DNA of 64,000 bases from a virus. Its lineage: Duplodnaviria > Caudoviricetes. Positions 35,876 through 44,731 of this stretch are shown here, piece by piece. Every line of letters begins with the position of its first letter. The stretch's first letter is position 1. The notes beneath the pieces are model-generated. The model was not told the origin of the DNA. It searched no databases and saw only the letters and a program-made list of their open reading frames with translations. Location: positions 96,001 through 160,000 of the IMG/VR virus record IMGVR_UViG_3300037312_000330; one strand, written 5' to 3'. The position numbers and the translations under genes were made by a program.

Positions 35876-35997
35876 ATGCCTAGCAGACTGATGAGTGTCA
35901 CCAGCATTGTGATCCCAACCTAGGATACGCGGACAACGGTCCATGTCCGTGGTGTGAGGGAACTGTCGAGGATAAGACAAAGGTCTACATTTCTTAG
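35876..35997 (+). pseudogene. broken paralogue of the 3' half of 35456..35659
   Basis: DPNLGYADNGPCPWCEGTVEDKTKVY vs DPALGYTENGPCTWCNGTGKDMTKVF; ATG 35876 is one base out of frame. Confidence 0.55.
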
Positions 35998-36005
35998 GAG
36001 AAGAC

Positions 36006-36173
36006 ATGATTTTCAAGTTGGAAGAAAGTCCTATCACCCCCGAAAAGGTGATCGTCCCGATCGACGGTGACGGATTTGCTGTCTACGAACTGTTGGAAAA
36101 AGCTGGATTGCACAAGAACGTTCGCGTTGCGTGTTGGGACGGATACGAAGACTGTATCGTCTTCAACGACTGA
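36006..36173 (+). CDS. 55-aa hypothetical protein
   Basis: SD TAGGAG; MIFKLEESPITPEKVIVPIDG... Confidence 0.55.
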   Translation: MIFKLEESPITPEKVIVPIDGDGFAVYELLEKAGLHKNVRVACWDGYEDCIVFND

Positions 36174-36182
36174 GGAACTCAC

Positions 36183-36416
36183 ATGGAGCTCAACCCTGTC
36201 AAGACCGTAACGTCAAAGACCACGTACACTCACCGCATGGAGTTCGATCTGGCTACTGTATTGAAAGCGTTGGGCATCCCTGAAAATTGCTCCGACATTG
36301 TGATCGAGTTGCCTGGAACTCCATCGTCACAGGCACAGACAATCAACTTGCCTCTCAAGTTTGGCCGGATTGTGGCAACTTGGGAGACACAAGAACAGGA
36401 GACCAAGAATGGGTAA
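36183..36416 (+). CDS. hypothetical protein
   Basis: SD GAGGA. Confidence 0.7.
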   Translation: MELNPVKTVTSKTTYTHRMEFDLATVLKALGIPENCSDIVIELPGTPSSQAQTINLPLKFGRIVATWETQEQETKNG

Positions 36417-36708
36417 GATCGAGGACATCAACAGTTTCCGATTGAGAACCGGATGCGGTCTGCGTGAAGCCAAAGACGCCATCGACAGGTACGGTAGCTT
36501 GGAAAAGGCGCTGGCTGCCTTGCATCCTGCAGATCCTGCAGCGGAACTGGATCCGTATGCGCGCGCAGTGGCGGATCGGGAACGTTGGCACGCAAAATCA
36601 TCTGAGTATCGGAACGGGTTGATTCGTATCCTGAACAGCACAACAGATGCAGATTCAGAGATCAAGGAGCTAGCAAAAGCTGCTATCCTGCGGGGCGATT
36701 ACCTGTAA
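36409..36708 (+). CDS. protein with ribosomal L7/L12-CTD-like or EF-Ts-N-like helical module
   Basis: INSFRLRTGCGLREAKDAID...LEKAL resembles both IKxVRxxTGLGLKEAKD and LRERTGAGMMDCKKAL. Confidence 0.5.
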   Translation: MGKIEDINSFRLRTGCGLREAKDAIDRYGSLEKALAALHPADPAAELDPYARAVADRERWHAKSSEYRNGLIRILNSTTDADSEIKELAKAAILRGDYL

Positions 36709-36743
36709 ATAATACCAATACCACCGCACAGGACAGAAAGAGA

Positions 36744-38642
36744 ATGGCGAAGAAGTACGACACCGAAGATATTGAACGGTACGCTGGCCTCAAGGGAATC
36801 CGCAAGAAACCCACTCCGTATATCGGCCCGAACGACGGCGACGGTCTATGGACTTGTATCCGAGAGCCACTCGACAACTGCGTCGACTTGATTCTCAAGG
36901 GCATTGGGAACAACTTGGCGCATCTGATGTTCGATCCTGAACCCAACGTGTACTGGATCATCGACGCTGGTCCTGGGTTCCCGGTTGGAACTAAAGTGTT
37001 CGAGAATGAACACGGCCAGAAGGAGAAGCTGAACACCTTCTACGTGGCAACCGGCCTGACGCACGCTGGTTCCAACTTCAAGGGAAACGCCACTTCACGC
37101 GGAACGCACGGCATCGGTATCAAGGCCACCAATGCGATGTCCAAGCGTTTCCAGGTGTGGACCTGCCGTGATGGTCAGTGGTGGACCATCAAGTACAAGG
37201 ACACCGTCAAGCAAGGTGAACCTGAGAAATGCAAGGCGCCGAAGCTGCCACATGGCATCAAGGTCAAGAAGGGTAGTGTCATCCGTGCGGAACCCGACTT
37301 GTCCTTGTTCACCAAGGATGCCAAGATCGATGCGTCTGCCATCCAATCGTGGTGTGAACTCACAGCCTATCTTGTTCCTGGCATCCAGGTCAAGTTCACC
37401 AACCGTAAGGGCAAGACGTTCGAGCTCCTGCACAAACGTGGCCCTATTGAGTTCATCGAGAAGCGGGTATCAGAACTCAAGTGCAACGTACAAAAGAAGA
37501 TGTTCCAACACCACAGCCAGCTTATGGATGTGGTGATCGCGTTTACGGACGCGGATGGCGATCAGATTTCTGCCTACACCAACGGCCTCCACAACAAGGA
37601 CGGCGGTGAACACGTGACGGCTGTCATGGACGGGATGTTCAAGAGCTTGAAACCGTTCTGGCCGAAGACACGCGGCAAAGACAAGAAGAAAGAAGCACCG
37701 TTCAACATGAACGACCTGCGCGATGGTCTGGTTGGTCTCGTGAATGCCAAGGTCGCGGCACCGAAGTTCAACAACCAACCCAAGGACAAGTTGGTTGACG
37801 ATCGCGTGTATCCGGAAGCTTACCCGGAGATGGCACAGGCATGGACCAAATTCTGGGAAGCGAACAAGTCACTGGCAAAGAGCATCGTGGATCGTGCCAT
37901 GGAGCTCAACAAGGCGACCACCAGCTTCAAGGCTGACAAGAAGCTGATCAAGAACGTGAACAGTGCCAGCAAGGGTCTGAAAACCAAGCTGTCTGGCATC
38001 GTAGGTAACGCTCCGGTGGAGAAGCGTGAACTCTTCATCGTAGAAGGCGATTCAGCGGCGGGCACTGCAAAGCGTGCTCGCGACAAGAGCTTCCAAGCCA
38101 TCTATGCTTTGCGCGGCAAACCATTGAACGCAATGGAAGCGCAACAGGCGAAGGTTAACAACAATGCTGAACTCGTTGGTCTGCTAGCGGCAATCGGTGT
38201 TAAGCTGGACGCCAAGGACACTGAGAAGTCGCTCAAGGCAATGCCCTACGGCAAGATCATCAAGCTTGCCGACCCGGACGTTGATGGCAAACACATCAAC
38301 GTGCTGATCGATGGCAACATCTGGAAGTATGCACCGCAGGTCATCACGAGTGGTCGCATGTACGCGGTGGTCGCTCCACTGTACAAGTGTCTGCACAAAG
38401 GCAAGACGTACTTCGGCATGACCAAGGAAGAGATCTACAAGAAGACTGGCAGTCAGAAGGTGGACATCCAGTACATCAAGGGATGGGGTGAGATCAACGA
38501 AGAAGACATGTCCGTGGCTCTCGATCCAGGTGCACGTAAGCTCATCCGAATCATGCCTCCTTCCAAGAAGGAAGCCGAGGAGTTCCAAGCTCTGCTCGGC
38601 AAGAACGTGGCGTACAGGAAGAAGTTGCTTGGCGTAGAATGA
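36744..38642 (+). CDS. gyrB: type IIA topoisomerase B subunit (GyrB/ParE-like)
   Basis: EPLDNCVD, DAGPG, GTHGIG (GHKL); EGDSA, LRGKPLN, DPDVDG (TOPRIM). Confidence 0.95.
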   Translation: MAKKYDTEDIERYAGLKGIRKKPTPYIGPNDGDGLWTCIREPLDNCVDLILKGIGNNLAHLMFDPEPNVYWIIDAGPGFPVGTKVFENEHGQKEKLNTFYVATGLTHAGSNFKGNATSRGTHGIGIKATNAMSKRFQVWTCRDGQWWTIKYKDTVKQGEPEKCKAPKLPHGIKVKKGSVIRAEPDLSLFTKDAKIDASAIQSWCELTAYLVPGIQVKFTNRKGKTFELLHKRGPIEFIEKRVSELKCNVQKKMFQHHSQLMDVVIAFTDADGDQISAYTNGLHNKDGGEHVTAVMDGMFKSLKPFWPKTRGKDKKKEAPFNMNDLRDGLVGLVNAKVAAPKFNNQPKDKLVDDRVYPEAYPEMAQAWTKFWEANKSLAKSIVDRAMELNKATTSFKADKKLIKNVNSASKGLKTKLSGIVGNAPVEKRELFIVEGDSAAGTAKRARDKSFQAIYALRGKPLNAMEAQQAKVNNNAELVGLLAAIGVKLDAKDTEKSLKAMPYGKIIKLADPDVDGKHINVLIDGNIWKYAPQVITSGRMYAVVAPLYKCLHKGKTYFGMTKEEIYKKTGSQKVDIQYIKGWGEINEEDMSVALDPGARKLIRIMPPSKKEAEEFQALLGKNVAYRKKLLGVE

Positions 38643-39103
38643 TGGAAGACGAAGCCATCTGGAGGCGAAAGCTCTCAAACCTACGCAGCAATGCCACTCG
38701 ACGCGGCATTGAATACCACCTAAGCTTGAAACAGTACGTTCGTCTTGCTGAGAAAGCAGACATAACCCATTCGGATATAGGAAGGGGCGGTGGTCAATAT
38801 GTGATGGCCCGAAAGAGAGATCGGGGCTGCTATGAGATTGGCAACTGTCGTTTCATCACCAAAGAGGAGAATACTGCCGAGATGAACCTCTATGGTGGTG
38901 GTCAGCGTCGAATAGATGCCATGACTGGTCGCACAAAAGAGACTCATCCGGGTGTAGCTCGTCAGGCGATGAAGAAGACTGGTCGTAACAAACACAACGA
39001 CCCTTCAGTAGCTAGAATGGCCGAAAAGATGGCTGGCAGATCGAAGGCCACTCATGAACATCTGTTTAAGATGTCCCTCAAGAGGAGCAAAGCCTCATCA
39101 TAA
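38639..39103 (+). mobile_element. free-standing His-Me finger (HNH-like) homing endonuclease gene
   Basis: MARKRDRGCYEIGNCRFIT..EN motif; C-terminal repeated GR.K..H units; flanked by duplicated gyrB 3' end. Confidence 0.7.
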
Positions 39104-39155
39104 AGGATGGACGGGCAAGTACGTGAAACGCAAGAAACTCTTAGGAGTGGAATGA
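39102..39155 (+). pseudogene. remnant of a second gyrB 3' end (KGW-T-GKYVKRKKLLGVE*)
   Basis: Matches gyrB terminus GKNVAYRKKLLGVE* and the KGW motif; same GAATGATG junction. Confidence 0.75.
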
Positions 39156-39346
39156 TGACGTTAGACGAACGCAAGGCGCAGCTTCTTCCTAAGCTGACAC
39201 CAGAATTCTTGGCTACTCTTGCGGAAGCAGTCCGTGTAGTAGGTTGGGAAGTGGACGCCCATGAGACAACTTCCCTAGTGAAGGTGTTGCATGACTACGT
39301 TGGATCGCCGCGTCCTGATGATCTCTCTCCATACGAGGACGAGTGA
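39152..39346 (+). CDS. hypothetical protein
   Basis: ATG 39152 after TAGGAG inside the gyrB remnant. Confidence 0.7.
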   Translation: MMTLDERKAQLLPKLTPEFLATLAEAVRVVGWEVDAHETTSLVKVLHDYVGSPRPDDLSPYEDE

Positions 39347-39462
39347 TGTTCGAACGCAAAGTGAAGTGGCAGTTCGTGATGCCCCTGAGTTTCACTGACA
39401 AGGAGCACACGACAATCGACCTGTACGCGTTCTCCCAAGATCTCGTCAGGAGTCTGCGGTGA
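39346..39462 (+). CDS. 38-aa hypothetical protein
   Basis: Stop/start overlaps on both sides. Confidence 0.5.
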   Translation: MFERKVKWQFVMPLSFTDKEHTTIDLYAFSQDLVRSLR

Positions 39463-39812
39463 TCAACCACGAAGGATTCTGGTGGTCGAAAGACGAGCCA
39501 CACCTTCCAAAGCCAATCGCGCTTCCATACAAGTGGGTGGGACGCAAAGCTTTTCTGCAGTCACTACGGCGCACCGAAGCGCGTATCGATACACACAAGA
39601 TCGGCCGCGTCTCCGAGTGCAAAGGTAGTTCGTGGTGTCGCATTTGCGAAGAGAAGAACGGCAGCAAGGAATACAGTCTGTCGTTTATGGAATCGATTTG
39701 GGAGTGGCCTGCGGGCTATCTCCACTACATCAAGGCCCACAACGTGAGACCGAGCCAAGCATTCCAAGAGTTCATCATGGCAGTGGACGCTGGGTCGTCA
39801 AAGGTCAAGTAA
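39459..39812 (+). CDS. conserved phage protein (CRIC...WP.GY.HY...H.VRP)
   Basis: GTG start after AGGAG; motif. Confidence 0.7.
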   Translation: MINHEGFWWSKDEPHLPKPIALPYKWVGRKAFLQSLRRTEARIDTHKIGRVSECKGSSWCRICEEKNGSKEYSLSFMESIWEWPAGYLHYIKAHNVRPSQAFQEFIMAVDAGSSKVK

Positions 39813-39994
39813 TGCAAGAACTGTCAGAAGTCCAGAAGCTGACTCTAGATTTACTGCGTTTTCAAGAAGCACACAACGATCAGCTCAGAATCGATCCAAC
39901 CCACGAAGTAGCATTAGCAATGTTGGATAGGGACATCAAGCGCGCCAAGTTGGTGCTGGAACTATCAATGGGAAAGAACTATGAGCAAAGATAA
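39812..39994 (+). CDS. hypothetical protein
   Basis: TAATG overlap. Confidence 0.55.
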   Translation: MQELSEVQKLTLDLLRFQEAHNDQLRIDPTHEVALAMLDRDIKRAKLVLELSMGKNYEQR

Positions 39995-40274
39995 TCCTAA
40001 CGCGGTTGAAACCGAGATGGCTGAAGTGCAGATCCGCATGACCAAGGAAGAACGTGAGCTGCTGCTGTGCACGATCGCTAGTCTGGCTGAAGACTACATG
40101 GCGGCACATGGTGCTGTCTATCCAGAGGACAGACGCCCGATCTGGCACTTCATCGATCACACTGCTGTAAAGTGGGGTGTCGTGAATCCGTTCCGACTGA
40201 ATCCGGACAACGCAGGCAACAAGGAAAGCAATGCCCAAGAAGGTCAAGAACAAGGTCAAAACCAGCAAGGCTGA
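39981..40274 (+). CDS. hypothetical protein
   Basis: ORF track; overlaps gyrA start. Confidence 0.6.
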   Translation: MSKDNPNAVETEMAEVQIRMTKEERELLLCTIASLAEDYMAAHGAVYPEDRRPIWHFIDHTAVKWGVVNPFRLNPDNAGNKESNAQEGQEQGQNQQG

Positions 40275-41769
40275 TCATATCGTAGAGGAGGGCCTCCTCT
40301 CGTTTGCGCGTCGCAACTATTACGAATACGGGATGAGCGTGATCGAAGACCGCGCCATCCCCGATGCGTTCGACGGGCAGCTACCAGTCACTCGTCGTGG
40401 CTTGTACTCAGCGTATGACATGGGTGTCCGTTCCAACGCCAAGTACGTGAAGGCGGCTCGCGTGGTTGGTGACACAATGGGTCGCTTCCACCCCCACGGT
40501 GATAGCTCGATCTACAGTTCGCTGGTCAACATGGCGAAGCTGAACCCGATCATCCCGTATGTGGATGGTATGGGGAATTGGGGCACGTTCTCCGAACCGC
40601 GACCGTCGGCAATGCGCTACACCGAGATGCGCCTGTCGAAATTCGCCGACGAAGTGTTGTTCAACAAGTTCTACACTCCGGTGATGTTCAACGAATGGAT
40701 GGTGCCGAATTACGACGGCTCGTTCACAGAACCGTTACGTTTGCCTGCACTCCTCCCGGTGTCGGTACTTAATGGTAAATCAGGTGTGGCTCCTGGTGCG
40801 ACAACTGACATCCCAGCGTTTACCAGCAAGTCTGTTCTCAAGACTCTGTCCAAGATCTATGGTGGTGAGGAGATCACTGCCAAGTTGCTCTACAACAATC
40901 TGGAGTTCACAACGGATCACGGCGGCGTGGAAGTGGAACCGGCAACTGCTGAAGCCAAGCAAGATCGGATGGGTGTGTTCAAGGGAACGCGAGGACGTGT
41001 GCTCTTCAAGTCCACCACTTCGTGGAACGAGCGCACCCTTACGCTGACGATCACCAAATTCGCGAACGTCGGCAGTATCCTCAGCAAACCGAAAAAGAAG
41101 AACGACGACAAGGAGAAGAAGGAAACCGGATTGCTGGATCGCTTGTTGGACATCGAAGGTGTGGCAGACGCACGCGACGATAGTACCAAGACCGATCGAC
41201 ATGCCGTCGTAAACGTGGTGCTCAAGAAGGGACTCACGCCGAAGATGCAGGCTGCAATCCTCAAGCACATCCGCAAGAAGATCCTCACAAAGCGTGAGAA
41301 TTACGTGCTGAACTTCACCGAGCGGTACGTAGACTCTGAGGGTCAGGCAGCGGCGCGCATGAAACCGATGTCCATCGTCACGTTCTTCACGGAATGGGTC
41401 AAGTGGCGCATCGAGCTGGAACGCAAGGCGTGCGCCCACTGGATGGTGGAGTGCAAAAAGCGCATCCGTTTGCTGGAGCTCATGCTGCTGGCCGTCGACA
41501 ACTTGGACATCATTTTCAAGGCACTGAAGCAGAAGTTCACGCGTGAAGAGTTGGACCATCATCTGGCGAAGAAGTTGAAGATCAAGGTCGAAGAAGCCAA
41601 TGTCATCAGCGGTATGCGTGTGTATCAGTTGCAAGCTCTCGAGAAGAGTAAACTTCTTGGGAAGAAAAAGGAAGAAGAGAAGGAATTCAAGACTCTGGAG
41701 ACTCGCCAGAAGAAGCCCTTCCCCTTCATGATCGATCAACTGAAGAGCTTTCCCTTACCCGAGGAGTGA
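40231..41769 (+). CDS. gyrA: type IIA topoisomerase A subunit (GyrA/ParC-like, no C-terminal pinwheel)
   Basis: FHPHGDSSIY, DGMGNWG, SAMRYTEMRL catalytic Tyr; only 512 aa. Confidence 0.95.
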   Translation: MPKKVKNKVKTSKADHIVEEGLLSFARRNYYEYGMSVIEDRAIPDAFDGQLPVTRRGLYSAYDMGVRSNAKYVKAARVVGDTMGRFHPHGDSSIYSSLVNMAKLNPIIPYVDGMGNWGTFSEPRPSAMRYTEMRLSKFADEVLFNKFYTPVMFNEWMVPNYDGSFTEPLRLPALLPVSVLNGKSGVAPGATTDIPAFTSKSVLKTLSKIYGGEEITAKLLYNNLEFTTDHGGVEVEPATAEAKQDRMGVFKGTRGRVLFKSTTSWNERTLTLTITKFANVGSILSKPKKKNDDKEKKETGLLDRLLDIEGVADARDDSTKTDRHAVVNVVLKKGLTPKMQAAILKHIRKKILTKRENYVLNFTERYVDSEGQAAARMKPMSIVTFFTEWVKWRIELERKACAHWMVECKKRIRLLELMLLAVDNLDIIFKALKQKFTREELDHHLAKKLKIKVEEANVISGMRVYQLQALEKSKLLGKKKEEEKEFKTLETRQKKPFPFMIDQLKSFPLPEE

Positions 41770-41972
41770 ACATGGAAATGAACATGGAAGTAGCCAAGGA
41801 CCCGCGTCTGATCGCAGTAAAGGAGCGTCACCCGACAGGGGTCACCAACTTCGCCTCCTTCGGACGTATCATCCAAGCCATGAAGGCCGCTGGTGAGATG
41901 CCCAAGGAATGGGAAGTGGTGTCTGTGGTCTTGGACATCAACGGCATCATCTTCGAGCTGAAGAACACATAG
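41766..41972 (+). CDS. hypothetical protein
   Basis: GTGA overlap, SD GAGGAG. Confidence 0.6.
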   Translation: MNMEMNMEVAKDPRLIAVKERHPTGVTNFASFGRIIQAMKAAGEMPKEWEVVSVVLDINGIIFELKNT

Positions 41973-41980
41973 GAGTGACA

Positions 41981-42226
41981 ATGAGAACTACCGCAGAGCG
42001 AGTGCAAGTTGCCATCTCCGAACAACTCGGTATGAACCGCGAAGAAGCAACACCAGAGAAGAAGCTGGTGGCGGACCTTGGTTGTGACTCTCTCGATCTC
42101 ATTGAGATAGTGATGGCCATGGAGGACGAGTTTGATATCGATATCTACGACCAGGGTGAGGAAGTTCAGAGGATCGTGACAGTGCAGGATGTTATCGACT
42201 ACATCACACCGCGAGTCAAGCAATAA
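41981..42226 (+). CDS. acpP: acyl carrier protein
   Basis: DLGCDSLDLIEIVMAMEDEFDIDI..TVQDVIDYI; phosphopantetheine Ser kept; SD AGGAG. Confidence 0.9.
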   Translation: MRTTAERVQVAISEQLGMNREEATPEKKLVADLGCDSLDLIEIVMAMEDEFDIDIYDQGEEVQRIVTVQDVIDYITPRVKQ

Positions 42227-42239
42227 AAACAGAAGGGAC

Positions 42240-42345
42240 CCGCACACTGTAAATTGGCGCACGGCACCAAGTTGCTGTTTAGTTTGATGCCCGTGCCAAT
42301 ACAGGTGCGGCCGTGATTTCCCGCCCATGCGTGTGGGGAATCCTC
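42240..42345 (+). promoter_or_regulatory. structured leader upstream of nrdA
   Basis: CCGCAC/GTGCGG, CTGT/ACAG, ATTGG/CCAAT, CACGG/CCGTG nested stem 42240-42310; second hairpin follows. Confidence 0.45.
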
Positions 42346-42378
42346 CGTCCATTCCACCACAAAAACCCCGGATAACAA

Positions 42379-44703
42379 ATGCATGTCGTAAAACGTGACG
42401 GCTCAAAGGAGCCACTTGACTACTCCAAGTACGAGCGCCAGATCATTTGGGCTTGTCAAGGTCTCAGTGGTGTCGATGCTTCTCGACTGAAAGAACACGC
42501 GAAGCAACCGCTGTATGATGGCATCACGACCATCGCACTGAACAAGAATCTGTGCAACGCAGCTCGCGACCTCCAGACCGTGGAGGAACCGAACTGGACG
42601 TTCGTTGCTGCCCGTTTCGTGCTGCAAGACATCTACAAGGAAGTCTGCGGCCACTTCAAGTATCCTCATCTTGACTCCTATCTGAAGAAGGCTCACACAG
42701 AGGCTAACCTCAATTCAGCACTGACGCGCCATGACCTTTTCGATATCGACGAACTGAACAACGCAATCCAACAGGAGCGTGATTACAGTTTCGATTACTT
42801 GGGCATTACAACGCTTCAAGACCGCTACCTCCTCAAGGGGCACGGCAAGAAACTCATCGAGATGCCACAGCACTTCTTGATGAGAGTCGCGATGGGAGTT
42901 GCATTGGCCGAAGAGACGCGTGAAACACGAACCAAAGCTGCTCTCGATTACTACGAGACGCTTTCGCGCCTGGAATTCATGTCATCTACGCCGACGTTGT
43001 TCAACAGCGGCCTTAAGCGCTCGCAACTCAGCTCGTGCTTTGGCGCAACTCTCGGCGATGACACGGACGACATCACCGATGTGTGGAAGGAAGTTTCCAA
43101 ATACTCCAAGTTCGGCGGTGGGGTTGCAATGGACTACACGCAACTGCGTGCCAGCGGAAGTCCAATCCGATCCATGGGTGGTGAAGCTGAAGGACCGGTC
43201 CCATACATCGTGGTTGCTGATGGCATCTTCCGTGCCTTCAATCAGCAAGGTAAGCGAAAAGGAAGCGTCGCCCCGTATCTGGAAACGTGGCACGCAGACA
43301 TCTTCGAGTTCCTGGATCTGAAGGAACCCGGAGACTACCGCATCCGTGCCAACGATTCGTTCATGTCTAACTGGATTCCGGACCTGTTCATGGAGCGCGT
43401 GGAAGCCGGTGGCAAGTGGTCTCTGTTCGATCCGGCCGATGTTCCTGGTCTGCACTTCGTGTTTGGTGAAGAATTCCGACAAGCGTATACAGAAGCAGAA
43501 GCAGCAGGGAAGGCCAAGCGAGTCGTCGATGCAGAAGACCTGTGGTATCGGATGATCGAGCGCATCTGCGCGCATGGAGTCTTCTGGCACTGCTACAAAG
43601 ATCGCATGAACGAGCGCTACGCACTCAGCGCAGTTGGCTCAATCCTGTCCAGCAACTTGTGCACTGAAATCGCACTTCGTTCATCTGCGGACAGCAGCTT
43701 CGTGTGCAACTTGGGATCTGTGAATCTTTCAAAACCTGAGCACCTTGTTCGTAAGGACGCCAACGGCAAATGGATGTGGAACACAAAGCTTAGCGAGACT
43801 GTTCGACGTGCAGTGCGTTTCCTGGACAGTGTTATCGACATTGGCTTTGTTCCACATAAGAAGGGTGAGAACATGCAGAAATCAGACCGACCGATCGGTC
43901 TGGGTTGCATGGGGTGGACAGAGGCGCTGTATCAACTTGGTATCGACTACGAATCCAAGGAGCATGTTGAGTATTCGAACGAAGTCTACAAGCAAATCAG
44001 CATTGCTGCCACCTACGAATCTGCACTGTTGGCTCAAGAAAAGGGTTCGTTCCAGTTCCACGCTAAATCCACGTGGGCACAAGGCAAACTGATCCACGAT
44101 TCGGCAGACACTCCGATCATCGAAGAGTTTGGCCTCGACCTGAACTTCAACCACTGTCCGTTCGTGACCGAAGGTCAGCTTCGTATGATGGTCAAGTCAG
44201 GTATGCGCAACTCCACGTTGCTGGCGATCGCTCCGACGGCGACAATCAGCAACATCGTTGGCACGGAGGCATGCACTGAACTGCCGATCGAACGTGTATA
44301 CCGCAAAAAGAATCTGAGTGGAGTGTTCAAGGCAGTCGCCAAGACCGCGTGCAACAATCCACACGGTCTGCCAGTGAAAACTGCCTACAACGTGGACCAC
44401 ACGTGGACCATCAACGCAGCGGCTGCTCGACAGATCTGGATCGATCAGTCGCAATCGACTAACTTCTGGGTGGACAGCAACCGCTCGGATTTCGGAGATG
44501 TGGTTGACGAGCTGTATCGGACAGCGTGGAAGAAGCGTCTCAAGACAACGTACTATCTGTACGGAAATGATCCTGAAACAGAAGGAACGCAGTCCAGTCC
44601 TATGGACCACGCGCAGAATCTGCCAGAGCCGGAAATCGTGGGCGCAGTATGCACATTACGTCCTGGCGACGAAGGCTTTGATAGCTGCGAAGCTTGCCAA
44701 TAA
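42379..44703 (+). CDS. nrdA: ribonucleoside-diphosphate reductase class Ia alpha subunit with ATP cone
   Basis: VVKRDG ATP cone, STPTLFN, QLSSC, SNLCTE, CNLGS, TTYY, C-terminal CEAC. Confidence 0.97.
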   Translation: MHVVKRDGSKEPLDYSKYERQIIWACQGLSGVDASRLKEHAKQPLYDGITTIALNKNLCNAARDLQTVEEPNWTFVAARFVLQDIYKEVCGHFKYPHLDSYLKKAHTEANLNSALTRHDLFDIDELNNAIQQERDYSFDYLGITTLQDRYLLKGHGKKLIEMPQHFLMRVAMGVALAEETRETRTKAALDYYETLSRLEFMSSTPTLFNSGLKRSQLSSCFGATLGDDTDDITDVWKEVSKYSKFGGGVAMDYTQLRASGSPIRSMGGEAEGPVPYIVVADGIFRAFNQQGKRKGSVAPYLETWHADIFEFLDLKEPGDYRIRANDSFMSNWIPDLFMERVEAGGKWSLFDPADVPGLHFVFGEEFRQAYTEAEAAGKAKRVVDAEDLWYRMIERICAHGVFWHCYKDRMNERYALSAVGSILSSNLCTEIALRSSADSSFVCNLGSVNLSKPEHLVRKDANGKWMWNTKLSETVRRAVRFLDSVIDIGFVPHKKGENMQKSDRPIGLGCMGWTEALYQLGIDYESKEHVEYSNEVYKQISIAATYESALLAQEKGSFQFHAKSTWAQGKLIHDSADTPIIEEFGLDLNFNHCPFVTEGQLRMMVKSGMRNSTLLAIAPTATISNIVGTEACTELPIERVYRKKNLSGVFKAVAKTACNNPHGLPVKTAYNVDHTWTINAAAARQIWIDQSQSTNFWVDSNRSDFGDVVDELYRTAWKKRLKTTYYLYGNDPETEGTQSSPMDHAQNLPEPEIVGAVCTLRPGDEGFDSCEACQ

Positions 44704-44731
44704 CTTGACTGGTCTTTAGTTTGATAGCCCG

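Noticed and set aside
36006-36173. Apparent frameshift in the small gene after 35997
   Set aside because: The antisense ORF translation in the track shows a five-C run that makes it an intact 55-aa ORF
36744-38642. T4 gene 60-style ribosomal bypass or intron in the topoisomerase B gene
   Set aside because: The frame is continuous through DPDVDG and to the end; no gap
42239-42345. Cobalamin riboswitch upstream of nrdA (CCCGCACACTGTAA and GGGGAA resemble B12-element pieces)
   Set aside because: Upstream GGGAA/GGTG-AA-TCC core and GCCACTG box not found in the right order; would need an Infernal hit to accept
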